Shown piece by piece: positions 40,358 to 50,369 of a DNA stretch of 64,000 nt. Each line of letters starts with the position of its first letter. Within the stretch, counting starts at the first letter, position 1. The DNA comes from a virus, in the IMG/VR virus record IMGVR_UViG_3300017917_001271, positions 1-64,000 of that record; one strand, 5' to 3'. The translations under genes and the position numbers were made by a program. The notes under the pieces are model-generated. The model made no database searches, was not told where the DNA came from, and saw only the letters and a program-made list of their open reading frames with translations.

Positions 40358-42018
40358 TGAGTTACATTATTAACAAAACAGATGGTTCTACGTTAACAGA
40401 AGTAGTTGACGGTACTATTGATCAAACTACTACAGATTTAACTCTCGTAGGAAAGAATGCCACCAGTTACGGGGAATTGTTTAACGAAAATTTTGTGAAG
40501 TTATTAGAAAATTTTGCCAGTACTTCACAGCCAAATCGCCCAATTGAAGGCCAACTTTGGTATGATACTACTGAAGGCCGCTTAAAAGTTTACGACGGTG
40601 CAGGATTTAAAGTTAGTGGCGGAACAATAGTTAGTGCAACACCTCCAAGCAGTATTGCAGCTGGTGATATTTGGATTGACACAACAACTCAACGTATGTA
40701 TTTTAACGATGGAACAGCAAATTTACTTGCTGGTCCAATCTATACAGCACAACAAGGTATATCTGGTTGGAACGTAGTTGATATTGTTGATACAAACCAA
40801 ATCAATCATACTACGTTGTTCTTATACTGCGGGCAAACATTGCTAGGGATCTTCAGTAGTTCTGTAACAGCATTTACTCCTGCAACAGAAATTCCGGGAT
40901 ATGTGGGCGACATCAAAGTAGGATTTAATGCCGCTAATGTGTCTGGACTAAAATTCAACGTACCTGCTAGCCAAGCAGATGCATTAGTAGCAGAAGACGG
41001 TAGTTTTAAAGATGCTCAGAGTTTCCTCCAGGTAGATCCGGCCGACGGCTTTACTGTTTCAAACGGAACAATACGCATTCTTAATCAAACGCCGCTTGTT
41101 CTTGGAACTAATCAAAATACAGAAGTTATATTTGTTGGTAACTCGTTACAAATTAATTCGAACATTATAAATCAAAACTTTGCAATTCAAAGTTTATCTA
41201 ACGTAGGACTACTTCCTAGCATTTATGTTAATGCACAGAATCAACGTGTTGGATTATATACCGCGGCACCTACGGCAACACTCGATGTTGCCGGAGATGC
41301 AAGAATTAGAGGCAGTTTAACAGTTGAAGGTAGTACAACAACAATTAACACTACAAATATTGCAATTGAAGATCTGTTAATTGAAATTGGTAAAGTTGAT
41401 ACTCCTACTGATGTTACTGCTAACGGTGGCGGCATTAGTCTTCAGGGTGAAACAAACAAGACTCTTACATGGGGGTCTTCAACTAATGCATGGAATTCTA
41501 GTGAAAACTTTAACCTAACAAACAGCAAAGTATACAAGATTGCTAATTTTGAAGTACTTTCACAAACACAATTAGGTGTTACAGTTACTAGTGCTCCAGG
41601 ACTTACAAGCATCGGCACACTTGAACAATTACTTGTTGATAATGTAAGTATCAATGGAGATACAATTAGCTTTTTAAATCCTAGCGTTCCAGACGGCGAC
41701 ATTAAAATACAACCAAAAGGTGCAGGTGTTGTTAATGTTGGGTCTAAGAGAATTTCGTTTGTTGCTGATCCTGTCGATACTGCTGATGCTACAAATAAGA
41801 ATTATGTTGACGTTAGCATACGCAGAGCTAGTTTAGGGTTTAGTGTTAATATTGGTTCTTTGACAGAAGCACAATTAGCTGGACAAGTTCTTAACAAAGT
41901 CTTTCCTCCTGGAGATCACGAGGACGACACATTTTTACGTGTCTATGCCCAAGATGCGTCAAGATTCTTAGAATATAAACTTATTGGACCAGTTTGGACC
42001 TATCAGACGGACATTTAA
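40357..42018 (+). CDS. Tail fibre protein (paralogous N-terminus)
   Basis: GKN...ENFVKLLENFA...P..GQLWYD N-terminus shared with both neighbours; DATNKNYVD motif. Confidence 0.75.
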   Translation: MSYIINKTDGSTLTEVVDGTIDQTTTDLTLVGKNATSYGELFNENFVKLLENFASTSQPNRPIEGQLWYDTTEGRLKVYDGAGFKVSGGTIVSATPPSSIAAGDIWIDTTTQRMYFNDGTANLLAGPIYTAQQGISGWNVVDIVDTNQINHTTLFLYCGQTLLGIFSSSVTAFTPATEIPGYVGDIKVGFNAANVSGLKFNVPASQADALVAEDGSFKDAQSFLQVDPADGFTVSNGTIRILNQTPLVLGTNQNTEVIFVGNSLQINSNIINQNFAIQSLSNVGLLPSIYVNAQNQRVGLYTAAPTATLDVAGDARIRGSLTVEGSTTTINTTNIAIEDLLIEIGKVDTPTDVTANGGGISLQGETNKTLTWGSSTNAWNSSENFNLTNSKVYKIANFEVLSQTQLGVTVTSAPGLTSIGTLEQLLVDNVSINGDTISFLNPSVPDGDIKIQPKGAGVVNVGSKRISFVADPVDTADATNKNYVDVSIRRASLGFSVNIGSLTEAQLAGQVLNKVFPPGDHEDDTFLRVYAQDASRFLEYKLIGPVWTYQTDI

Positions 42019-42034
42019 TATCAGCCCAAACTAG

Positions 42035-42042
42035 CATAAATA
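42035..42042 (+). promoter_or_regulatory. Late promoter CATAAATA
   Basis: Intergenic box upstream of 42066. Confidence 0.6.
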
Positions 42043-42065
42043 TAAGGAATAAGGAATAACGGAAA

Positions 42066-43583
42066 ATGCCATATACCATTAACAAATATAACGGACAAGT
42101 CGTAGCCACAGTCGCAGATGGTACCATTGATAGCACTACTGATCTTAAATTGATTGGTAAGAATTATGCTGGTTACGGTGAAGTTCAGAACGAGAATTTT
42201 CTATTTTTATTAGAAAATTTTGCAAATACAACTCAACCACCAAAGCCCTTGCCTGGGCAGTTATGGTATGACAGCGGAAATAGTAAATTAAAATTCTACG
42301 ATGGCGCAAAATTTCGTACAACAGGCGGCGCAGAACTAGGTTCTAGCGCACCAACTGGACTTACTGTCGGCGATTTCTGGTGGGATACCGCCAATAAACA
42401 GCTTTATACATGGGACGGCTCTAGTTATATTTTAGTTGGGCCACAGGGTGTCGCTGGCTCACAAACTACACAGATGCGTAGTCGTAGCGTTCGTGATACA
42501 TTAAATGCTACTCATGCTATTATTGAAGCTATTGTTGATGGTGAAACTATATTTGTTGTAAGCCCAGATTCTACATTTACGCTAGATCCAACTACAAGTT
42601 CAATTAACGGCTTTACAAAAATACAACAAGGTATTACACTAGCCTATACTAATAGTGATTCATTCCCAGGGCAGACAGTCAATGCTAACCATAGATTTTG
42701 GGGAACAGCGACAAACTCAGACAGACTTGGCGGTGTCTTGGCTGAAAACTTTGTACAAAAAGGCAGTGCTACATTCAGCAGTTTAGTAAATTTTAGCGAT
42801 GCAGGCTTTACTGTTGGTGATACTCCACGATTACGTGTGTTTAATAACACAACTGGTGTAACAACATTCCCAGTATTCCAAAATCAACTTAATGATACGA
42901 TTAAATTCCAAACAACAGTTGGTTCTGCAACAAAGACTCCACTACAACTAGTTGGTGCAGATGTCCTACCAGGTTCAGACAACCAATCAGATTTAGGTTC
43001 AGGCGCCTTACGATTTAAAACAGTTAATGCTGTTACATTTAACGGTACTGCTACTAAAGCAGATTCTTTATACTTAGGTGCAGACGATTACAGAACTGCC
43101 AGTGTTAGCGCAAGTTCTGGATCTATTGCAGTAAGAACCAATAGTACAGAAGTTATTGGCGGTGTTAATATTACCGCAGGTGCTCTTAAGGCAACTTATT
43201 TTGTTGGTACAGCAACATCCGCTAACTATGCAGACTTGGCAGAAAAGTATCTAGCAGATGCAGAATACGATGTAGGTACAGTTGTTGCTGTTGGCGGCGA
43301 AAAAGAAGTGACTGCATCTAAGTGGGGTGACCGCGCAATTGGTGCAGTTTCTGCTAATCCAGCTTACATGATGAACAGTGAGTTAGAAGGCGGAACATAT
43401 ATTGCTCTAAAAGGCCGTGTTCCTGTTAAAGTAACTGGCGCAGTCCGTAAAGGGCAACGTATGGTTGCAGGTAATGATGGAACAGCCGTTGCCGCAGTAC
43501 CCCACGCAAATGATGTATTTGCAATCGCATTAGAAACTAATGAAGAAACCGGCGTCAAACTTGTTGAATGCTTAATACTGTAA
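42066..43583 (+). CDS. Tail fibre protein with C-terminal intramolecular chaperone-like domain
   Basis: Shared N-terminus; YADLAEKY...GTVV...VSANPAYMMN...ALKGRVPVKV C-terminal domain. Confidence 0.75.
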   Translation: MPYTINKYNGQVVATVADGTIDSTTDLKLIGKNYAGYGEVQNENFLFLLENFANTTQPPKPLPGQLWYDSGNSKLKFYDGAKFRTTGGAELGSSAPTGLTVGDFWWDTANKQLYTWDGSSYILVGPQGVAGSQTTQMRSRSVRDTLNATHAIIEAIVDGETIFVVSPDSTFTLDPTTSSINGFTKIQQGITLAYTNSDSFPGQTVNANHRFWGTATNSDRLGGVLAENFVQKGSATFSSLVNFSDAGFTVGDTPRLRVFNNTTGVTTFPVFQNQLNDTIKFQTTVGSATKTPLQLVGADVLPGSDNQSDLGSGALRFKTVNAVTFNGTATKADSLYLGADDYRTASVSASSGSIAVRTNSTEVIGGVNITAGALKATYFVGTATSANYADLAEKYLADAEYDVGTVVAVGGEKEVTASKWGDRAIGAVSANPAYMMNSELEGGTYIALKGRVPVKVTGAVRKGQRMVAGNDGTAVAAVPHANDVFAIALETNEETGVKLVECLIL

Positions 43584-43584
43584 T

Positions 43585-43592
43585 TATAAATA
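43585..43592 (+). promoter_or_regulatory. Late promoter TATAAATA
   Basis: Exact consensus upstream of 43617. Confidence 0.65.
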
Positions 43593-43616
43593 CCTAGGAC
43601 TTTTGAAGGATAAAAT

Positions 43617-44567
43617 ATGGCTGGCCAAAATACACTGATTCTTGCTACTGATTATAACGTGATCCAATCAAAAATTGCTTTGGTTATGGGCACAGGATCG
43701 GGTACAACTGGATACGGTCAAACACTTGCAAGTAGTCAAGTTGCTGCAAACACTAACAAAGTGTCTGTACTACAATGGAATAATCTAAGATCAGATATTG
43801 TAAGAGCTAGACAGCACCAAACAGGAAATACTATTGGTTCTAAAGCACCCGGTGATAGCGGTTACACAGCAGGCGCAGATTTACCTATTCCTACGGCCGC
43901 ATCACAAGTTAAGGAAAGTTGGCGTGCTGCGTATCTGTCAATGGCTACAGATGCAGAAACTAATGCGCTAACAGCCCCTCCGCCAGTAGGCGAATCTTCA
44001 AGAGTGAACTTAATTCCAAATACTAGCCGATCGGCAGTATGGAATACATCGGTTCAACAGACTATAACTGTTACTTGGCCTACAGCCAATGATGCAAGAT
44101 ATTATTGGAACTCAGGTGGTCAGATTGAAATAAGTTCTGATTTTATCCCACGAGTTGCTGGATTAAAAAATACAACATGGGTAACAATGTTACAGTCCAT
44201 GGGTGTTATTAAGATTGGAATCACAGCTACAACTACTACAGGATCAGGAACAGCGATTGCTCTAGGTTTTAACAATATGGGTGCAATCGACAACTTATTA
44301 TTTCAAAAAGATGCACCAGCTGGTGCGTATGCAAATAACAAGTTTTATATTCTTGGTAGAGTTGACAGCACTTCAGATAGAAAACAGCTTATTCTTACTG
44401 TAGTATGGGACGATGCTTCCATTCCTCCAGTAAGTACTCCAGATCCAGGATTCCAGGTTGACGAACAAGTTGACGGTGTTTTAACAAGTTACGTCCAATC
44501 TAATCGTGCAACAGGTTCAAACGTATCTGTTCCGTTGCCTAGTGCAACAACATCAATTATTTCCTAA
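43617..44567 (+). CDS. Hypothetical virion structural protein
   Basis: 316 aa, T/S/G-rich; ARYYWNSGGQI; late promoter and AAGGA SD. Confidence 0.6.
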   Translation: MAGQNTLILATDYNVIQSKIALVMGTGSGTTGYGQTLASSQVAANTNKVSVLQWNNLRSDIVRARQHQTGNTIGSKAPGDSGYTAGADLPIPTAASQVKESWRAAYLSMATDAETNALTAPPPVGESSRVNLIPNTSRSAVWNTSVQQTITVTWPTANDARYYWNSGGQIEISSDFIPRVAGLKNTTWVTMLQSMGVIKIGITATTTTGSGTAIALGFNNMGAIDNLLFQKDAPAGAYANNKFYILGRVDSTSDRKQLILTVVWDDASIPPVSTPDPGFQVDEQVDGVLTSYVQSNRATGSNVSVPLPSATTSIIS

Positions 44568-44585
44568 AGAAATATTCCTTTTGTA

Positions 44586-44624
44586 TTGACAAGATAATTA
44601 AAGTAGTGTAATATGTTACACTAC
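44586..44624 (+). promoter_or_regulatory. Promoter (TTGACA-17-TAATAT, internal GATAATTA) overlapped by a 22-bp palindrome
   Basis: TTGACA 44586-44591; GTAGTGTAA-TATG-TTACACTAC 44603-44624. Confidence 0.55.
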
Positions 44625-44635
44625 GGAGTTATCTT

Positions 44636-44986
44636 ATGGACGAACGTTTAGAAAAAGCATTTGCTATTGCAAATTATATGTCTACCCTATCTAATCAAAG
44701 ACGGATAGCGTTAGAAGAATTCAATCAAAGTGTAGTTTACTATGTTAACGGTGGAACATTTCAAATTAACCGTGAACTAATTACATTTACCAAAACAATG
44801 TTAGATTTGGATTACACACATGATGTACCATTTGAAGATGCAAATGGGTTTCCTGTAGTAGTACCAGATGTACAAAAATTCTTTGACGAAATTTTACTAC
44901 AGTATATTACTGCATTAAACGAGTATTCTACGAAATTTGCTGATTTAAAATCAAAGCGTAAAGTTGCCGACTTAGTTAATCTATGA
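44636..44986 (+). CDS. Hypothetical protein
   Basis: 116 aa, GGAG SD, ATGA-coupled to the next gene. Confidence 0.7.
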   Translation: MDERLEKAFAIANYMSTLSNQRRIALEEFNQSVVYYVNGGTFQINRELITFTKTMLDLDYTHDVPFEDANGFPVVVPDVQKFFDEILLQYITALNEYSTKFADLKSKRKVADLVNL

Positions 44987-45831
44987 CAGTAGGTGCTTTA
45001 ATATTTGCTCACAACAACACTGGCATAGACTATACTAGGTTGGCAGTTTTTTGTGCCAAAAGAGTTAGGAAATACTTAGATATACCAGTCAGTATAGTTA
45101 CCGATAACGGTAATTGGCTCAGAAACAATTATCCAGATCATCCGTTTGATAAGGTTGTAGAAATACCCCCTGAATATCAACATCATAGTAAGTTATTTTA
45201 TGATGGAACTTTAAGCAATAAAAAACTTGAGTGGAAAAACGGAACAAGATTTAAGGCCTATGATCTAACTCCTTACGACACAACTTTGGTTTTAGACAGT
45301 GATATGATCATTTGCTCTAATAAACTTAAAGATGCCTTGTCCAGAGATGTTCCTTTTCAACTCTTTAGACAAGGGTTTGATATTACAGGCTGGCGTGATC
45401 AAACGCCTTACCACCGAATTAACCCGTACTCTATTCCTTTTTATTGGGCAACAGTTTGTGTTTTTAAAAAGGACCCAGTAGTAGAAGCATTCTTTAATTT
45501 AGTTTCCTATATAAAACAAAATTGGTTTTATTTTAGAGTGTTATATAGTATTGATATGGAAAACTTTAGGAACGATTTTGCCTTTAGTATTGCTATACAT
45601 ATAATGAACGGAAAAATGCAAGGTGACTTTGCCACCGAGTTGCCAGGCAAACTTAATTTTATAGAAGATAAAGATGTATTACTTTCTGCCAATGGTCCTA
45701 CTTTAAAATTTCTTCTGCAAAAGAAAGATCGGTTAGGCGAGTATATAGTAGCCAAAACAGAAGGTCTTGATGTGCATGTAATGAACAAAATTAGCCTTGA
45801 AAGAGAGATAATGGGAGAGGCACGTGAGTAA
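44983..45831 (+). CDS. GT-A fold glycosyltransferase (GT8-like)
   Basis: TPYDTTLVLDSD DxD motif, RNDFAFSIA. Confidence 0.7.
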   Translation: MTVGALIFAHNNTGIDYTRLAVFCAKRVRKYLDIPVSIVTDNGNWLRNNYPDHPFDKVVEIPPEYQHHSKLFYDGTLSNKKLEWKNGTRFKAYDLTPYDTTLVLDSDMIICSNKLKDALSRDVPFQLFRQGFDITGWRDQTPYHRINPYSIPFYWATVCVFKKDPVVEAFFNLVSYIKQNWFYFRVLYSIDMENFRNDFAFSIAIHIMNGKMQGDFATELPGKLNFIEDKDVLLSANGPTLKFLLQKKDRLGEYIVAKTEGLDVHVMNKISLEREIMGEARE

Positions 45832-46669
45832 AGGTTTTTTAGTTTTCGCCCAGAATACAGCAGAATGTAATTACGTAGAACAGGCTTATGCTCTAGCATT
45901 AAGTATCAAAGCAACACAACAATCTGTAAAAAGTATCAGTTTAGTAACTAATGATAAGCTAACTGTAGAACAGAAAAAAGTTTTTGATAAAGTTATACCC
46001 ATACCTTGGGAAAATAAAGAAGTTGTAGAAACAAAATATAGAGCAGAGCATAGGTGGAAATTGTATCATATTACTCCTTACGATGAAACTATAGTTTTAG
46101 ATGCCGACATGATATTTTTAGAAGATATAGAATCATGGTGGAACTACTGTAGTAAATTTGATATTAAGTTTTGCTCTAAAGTATTAAATTATAAATTAGA
46201 ATCTGTAGTACACGATGATGTTTATAGGCGAGCGTTTACAGATAATCAGCTGACAAATCCGTATGTTGCATGTCATTATTTTAAATTTTCTGATAATGCC
46301 CTAGCATTTTACAGAGCGTTAGAATTTGTCTGTAACAACTGGGAATGGGCGTATACTGAATTTGCTCCTAAAAGTTACCAGAACTGGCTTAGTTTAGATC
46401 TGGCCGCCGCGATTGCAATTGAAATAACTGGGCTATATGAAAGTGTTAACGATATTACTAGCCCATTAGAGTTTGTGCATATGAAACCAGGATTACAAGG
46501 TTGGCCAATTATTCCAGAAAGCTGGCAAGATGCTGTTCCTTATGTACTAAATTCTAAAAATCAATTAGTTGTTGGTAATATAAAACAGCCAAAATTATTT
46601 CATTATGTTGAAAAGAGTTTTTTGTCTAAAAAGATTTTAGAAAAATTAAAGGGGTTTGCTCGTGGCTAA
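45824..46669 (+). CDS. GT-A fold glycosyltransferase, paralog of the upstream gene
   Basis: TPYDETIVLDAD, FVHMKP, FHYVEK. Confidence 0.7.
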   Translation: MSKGFLVFAQNTAECNYVEQAYALALSIKATQQSVKSISLVTNDKLTVEQKKVFDKVIPIPWENKEVVETKYRAEHRWKLYHITPYDETIVLDADMIFLEDIESWWNYCSKFDIKFCSKVLNYKLESVVHDDVYRRAFTDNQLTNPYVACHYFKFSDNALAFYRALEFVCNNWEWAYTEFAPKSYQNWLSLDLAAAIAIEITGLYESVNDITSPLEFVHMKPGLQGWPIIPESWQDAVPYVLNSKNQLVVGNIKQPKLFHYVEKSFLSKKILEKLKGFARG

Positions 46670-47234
46670 GTTATCTCATTTTGTTTATTTTGATAAAAAG
46701 ACCGGACAAATTCTTGCAGTTACTAATGAAGAGGATTCAACATTCGAAGACGGCTTAAACGTTTCTTTTGAAGAAGTTGAAGACTTTTTAACCGGAAAAT
46801 GGAAGTTTAAAGATTATTTGATTGGTTATAAAAAGAATCAATCTGGTAATACACAATTGGCAATAGTACCGGCAAGCGATCAGGGATTTGCTTTTAAAAA
46901 TAATGTGTTTGAGTGGATAACAGAAAGTAATGAAGATTCGGAATGTATTGTAACATGGAATGGTAAAGGCAAACGTTGGGAATTTAAACTGAACCCTAAG
47001 TATAAAGGTTACTATGATGTAATTGCTGCACCTAAGTTAACCTTTTTTGTAACACTAGAAAATGATTTTGATTTTTTAGTTAGAACAATTTTTATCAATA
47101 TGCAAGATTTAATTCTTGCGGCAGATTATTATACGGTTCCTTTTCAAAACAAAGTAGAATCTAGAATAGACAAGATTTCTATAAGTTCTAAATTAGTATT
47201 TAAAAGTTACAGTTTGAGGATTATAAATGGCTAA
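46662..47234 (+). CDS. Hypothetical protein in the glycosyltransferase cluster
   Basis: GTG start at 46662 with AAGGGG SD (ORF track starts at 46656); overlaps both neighbours. Confidence 0.65.
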   Translation: MAKLSHFVYFDKKTGQILAVTNEEDSTFEDGLNVSFEEVEDFLTGKWKFKDYLIGYKKNQSGNTQLAIVPASDQGFAFKNNVFEWITESNEDSECIVTWNGKGKRWEFKLNPKYKGYYDVIAAPKLTFFVTLENDFDFLVRTIFINMQDLILAADYYTVPFQNKVESRIDKISISSKLVFKSYSLRIING

Positions 47235-48126
47235 GATTAAAGTTATTGAACAAGATATTATATTTTTAAGTTATGACGAACCCAATGCAGAAAAAAATTA
47301 TGCTGACTTGTGTAGTAAGGTACCTTGGGCTAAACGTGTACACGGAGTTAAAGGCAGTGACGCCGCACACAAAGCCTGTGCCGCACTAAGCGATACAGAG
47401 TATTTTATCACAGTAGATGCTGATAATATTGTTGACCCTGCATTTCTTGAAGTTGAAGTAGATACAGATGCTTTGGGGTTAACACCAGATCATGTGTTTA
47501 GTTGGTGTGGTAGAGTTTATGTTAACGGTCTAATGTACGGCAACGGCGGCCTAAAAATGTGGACACGTAAGTTTGTAAACAATATGCGTACACATGAAAA
47601 CAGCGATCCTGATGATACTAAGGGGTTAGTTGAGTTTTGTTTTGATGACAAGTATTATCAATTCAATGAAAATTATTCAGTCAGCTATACTAATGCCACA
47701 CCATTTCAAGCCTGGAGAGCAGGATTCCGTGAAGGCGTAAAGATGAGCTTAGATCAAGGTGCCCGTGTAAAAGACATTAAACGAATTTGGTGGCAGAATT
47801 ATCATCGTCTTTTAATTTGGTGTAGCGTTGGCGCAGATGTAGAAAATGGAATGTATAGCATACTAGGCGCAAGAGAAGGAGCCGCACTAACTAATTGTAC
47901 AGATTGGGATTATAGTAATGTTAGAGATTTTGAGTGGCTCACAAATTACTGGAATGAGCACTATGAAAATGCGTCTGCGGAAACAAAAACTGAACAAATT
48001 AATTTTTATGGTAGAGAGTTGAAAGAAAAATGCGGATTAGAAATAGCCAACATGGATCCTACAACAAGTATGATGTTTAAGATTGTTTACAACAATACAC
48101 CTAGGATACTAAGAAAAAATGTTTGA
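47227..48126 (+). CDS. GT2-like glycosyltransferase
   Basis: IFLSYDEP, VHGVKG...AHKACA, FITVDAD, YGNGGLK, AWRAGFRE. Confidence 0.7.
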   Translation: MAKIKVIEQDIIFLSYDEPNAEKNYADLCSKVPWAKRVHGVKGSDAAHKACAALSDTEYFITVDADNIVDPAFLEVEVDTDALGLTPDHVFSWCGRVYVNGLMYGNGGLKMWTRKFVNNMRTHENSDPDDTKGLVEFCFDDKYYQFNENYSVSYTNATPFQAWRAGFREGVKMSLDQGARVKDIKRIWWQNYHRLLIWCSVGADVENGMYSILGAREGAALTNCTDWDYSNVRDFEWLTNYWNEHYENASAETKTEQINFYGRELKEKCGLEIANMDPTTSMMFKIVYNNTPRILRKNV

Positions 48127-48808
48127 TATAGTTTTTATTAGTTATAGCGAACCAAACGCAGAAGAAAATTTACAAAAACTAAAAAGTAGATTTCCTCTAG
48201 TCAAGCATGTGGCCGGTGTTAAAGGAATTCATCAGGCGCACATTGCTGCCGCCAGACGAAGTTTTACTCCTATGTTTTGGGTAGTTGATGCGGATGCTAT
48301 TATCTTAGATACGTTTAATTTTGATTATACAGTGACGCCTGAAGAATACGATATAGTTCATGTTTGGAGAAGTCGCAATCCTATTAATGGATTAGAGTAC
48401 GGTTACGGCGGAGTAAAACTACTTCCAAAAAAACTAACTATGAATATGGACACATCTACTACTGACATGACAACCAGTATTAGTACAAGATTTAAGGCGA
48501 TGGATACTGTTAGTAACATTACAGCATTCAATACAGATCCCTTTTCAGCATGGCGCAGTGCCTTTAGAGAATGTTGTAAACTGGCAGTTATTAACAACGA
48601 GGAATCGTTGGCTAGATTAAAAGTATGGTGTGTGTTAAATGAAAACGTAGCTTACGGATTTTATGCATATTTAGGCGCACTCGCTGGTCGAGCTTATGGA
48701 GAAAAAAATGCCGCTGATATAGCGGCACTAAATCTAATTAACGATTTTGATTGGCTTAAGAATCAGTATGAGCAAATTCCCCAGCCATGGGAAACACTTC
48801 AGCAATAA
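48119..48808 (+). CDS. GT2-like glycosyltransferase, paralog of the upstream gene
   Basis: VFISYSEP, VAGVKGIHQAH, FWVVDAD, YGYGGVK, AWRSAFRE. Confidence 0.7.
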   Translation: MFDIVFISYSEPNAEENLQKLKSRFPLVKHVAGVKGIHQAHIAAARRSFTPMFWVVDADAIILDTFNFDYTVTPEEYDIVHVWRSRNPINGLEYGYGGVKLLPKKLTMNMDTSTTDMTTSISTRFKAMDTVSNITAFNTDPFSAWRSAFRECCKLAVINNEESLARLKVWCVLNENVAYGFYAYLGALAGRAYGEKNAADIAALNLINDFDWLKNQYEQIPQPWETLQQ

Positions 48809-49430
48809 CACTAGCACATGCTCTTGCTACTTCCATATGCTCTAGCTGTGTGCCGTTACCGCTACGTAGTTCAATAAAGTGTACCCAACTACGTAGTGTA
48901 CCGTTCATGTATAAACGACTTACTGTGTTGCCTTCGGGCAAAATGGCACGAGCTTGCTCTTTAGCAATACCACGTTCAATAGCTTCTGCATAGATACGTT
49001 TTACATTGTCAATAATAAATTTTTGCTGTGCATCCCACCATGCTGAAAGTTCTGGATTATCTGTAGCAATACTATTTTGACGATTTTTTGTATCTTGAAG
49101 ACGTGCTTCTCGAATGACAAAGTCTAAGTCTTTTGTAGGATCGGCATATCGCTGGCTGAATTCTTGAAAGGAAAAACTACGATGTCTTAAAATCTGTCTG
49201 GCAATATCTCTAGTAGTTTCAATTTCCAAACAGGCGCTAACCATCTCTAACGGACTCCAGTGTTTGTGCTTTACAAGATACCTTATTAATTTTTCACTGG
49301 TTTCTAAGTTAAATTGATTGCTAGGGTTACTAACTCTAGCACAGAACGCAATTAGTTCCTGAGCATCTATTACTCCTTCATCGTACATTGCTCGACTTGG
49401 TTTGCTCACACTAATTAATTTTACTTTCAT
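48756..49430 (-). CDS. thyX: Flavin-dependent thymidylate synthase
   Basis: HWSPLE and the RQILRHRSFSFQEFSQRY signature. Confidence 0.95.
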   Translation of the reverse strand: MKVKLISVSKPSRAMYDEGVIDAQELIAFCARVSNPSNQFNLETSEKLIRYLVKHKHWSPLEMVSACLEIETTRDIARQILRHRSFSFQEFSQRYADPTKDLDFVIREARLQDTKNRQNSIATDNPELSAWWDAQQKFIIDNVKRIYAEAIERGIAKEQARAILPEGNTVSRLYMNGTLRSWVHFIELRSGNGTQLEHMEVARACASVIAEVFPMAGEFAHTDS

Positions 49431-49747
49431 AGTTTTTTCTTTCTTAAAAATTTTTGGGTCCCACGTTCGATGTCTTTTTTTATGCTCTGTGTGTCTAATC
49501 GAAAATCAATATTATCAATTTTATTTTCGTAGTTTTTATAAAGTTCACCGATAGTTTCTTCCAAAGATTCCCATCCTTTGATATGATCTTCTTTTGTTAT
49601 TTTAACTTCCCAAACTTTGCCGTCTTTGAACGTAATCAGAACCGCATGGAGATATCGTAAGGGTAGAACATTTAGCTTTACCTCTCCGAACACTTCTGGC
49701 CAACACTCGACAACTTCTTTGGGAAGATTTCTTCCCTTGGTCATCAC
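49427..49747 (-). CDS. Hypothetical protein
   Basis: 106 aa, translationally coupled on both sides. Confidence 0.7.
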   Translation of the reverse strand: MMTKGRNLPKEVVECWPEVFGEVKLNVLPLRYLHAVLITFKDGKVWEVKITKEDHIKGWESLEETIGELYKNYENKIDNIDFRLDTQSIKKDIERGTQKFLRKKKL

Positions 49748-50367
49748 TTGGATTTTTTGGTAGGAACCAACTCCTCGGCTTTGCGACGAAACTCGGCAGC
49801 TTGTTTTGCTAATTTGTCTGCTTGGCTACGATAATATTTTGCTTCTGACTCGGATGAATCAAAACTCGTTGGTGCAGATTCGTTAACACTTACAGATGTT
49901 GTTTTGCTTACATTTGGTGTTTCAGTTAAGTCGCGAGCAGTTGCTACCTCTTGTACTTCCACATTTTTATCTCCGCTCTGCGGTTTAATATGTAGCTCGT
50001 CAACAGCAATTCCGCGTTGTTCGGCAATAATTTGATTAAGCTCAGATAGTAGAATTGATGCACCAATCACTGGTGTCATTTCAACTTCGCGTGTGCTTAC
50101 TTTAACTAGACGACCATTTCCGTGTAAAAACGGAAGCATACGACTGCCGTCTGGGAATTGTGTACGATCCAGTGCTTCTGCAAACTCATAGGCGTTTTGT
50201 GCTGCTGGGCTTTCGACTAAGTTAATTAATGCGTTATGCAACTCGTCAGGTAAACTTTCTGTTGCTACAACTAATGCACTATACGCATCTCCAGGTATGG
50301 TCCTAAATGCAACAAGTACCTTTTTACCGGTTGCTTTGATCCTACCTACGTGTTTTAATGATTGCAT
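49744..50367 (-). CDS. Hypothetical protein
   Basis: 207 aa, AGGAG SD, C-terminal coiled coil. Confidence 0.75.
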   Translation of the reverse strand: MQSLKHVGRIKATGKKVLVAFRTIPGDAYSALVVATESLPDELHNALINLVESPAAQNAYEFAEALDRTQFPDGSRMLPFLHGNGRLVKVSTREVEMTPVIGASILLSELNQIIAEQRGIAVDELHIKPQSGDKNVEVQEVATARDLTETPNVSKTTSVSVNESAPTSFDSSESEAKYYRSQADKLAKQAAEFRRKAEELVPTKKSK

Positions 50368-50369
50368 AA

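Noticed and set aside
48756-48808. 53-bp convergent overlap of the last GT and thyX
   Set aside because: Ordinary compaction at the junction of two transcription blocks; no additional structure seen.
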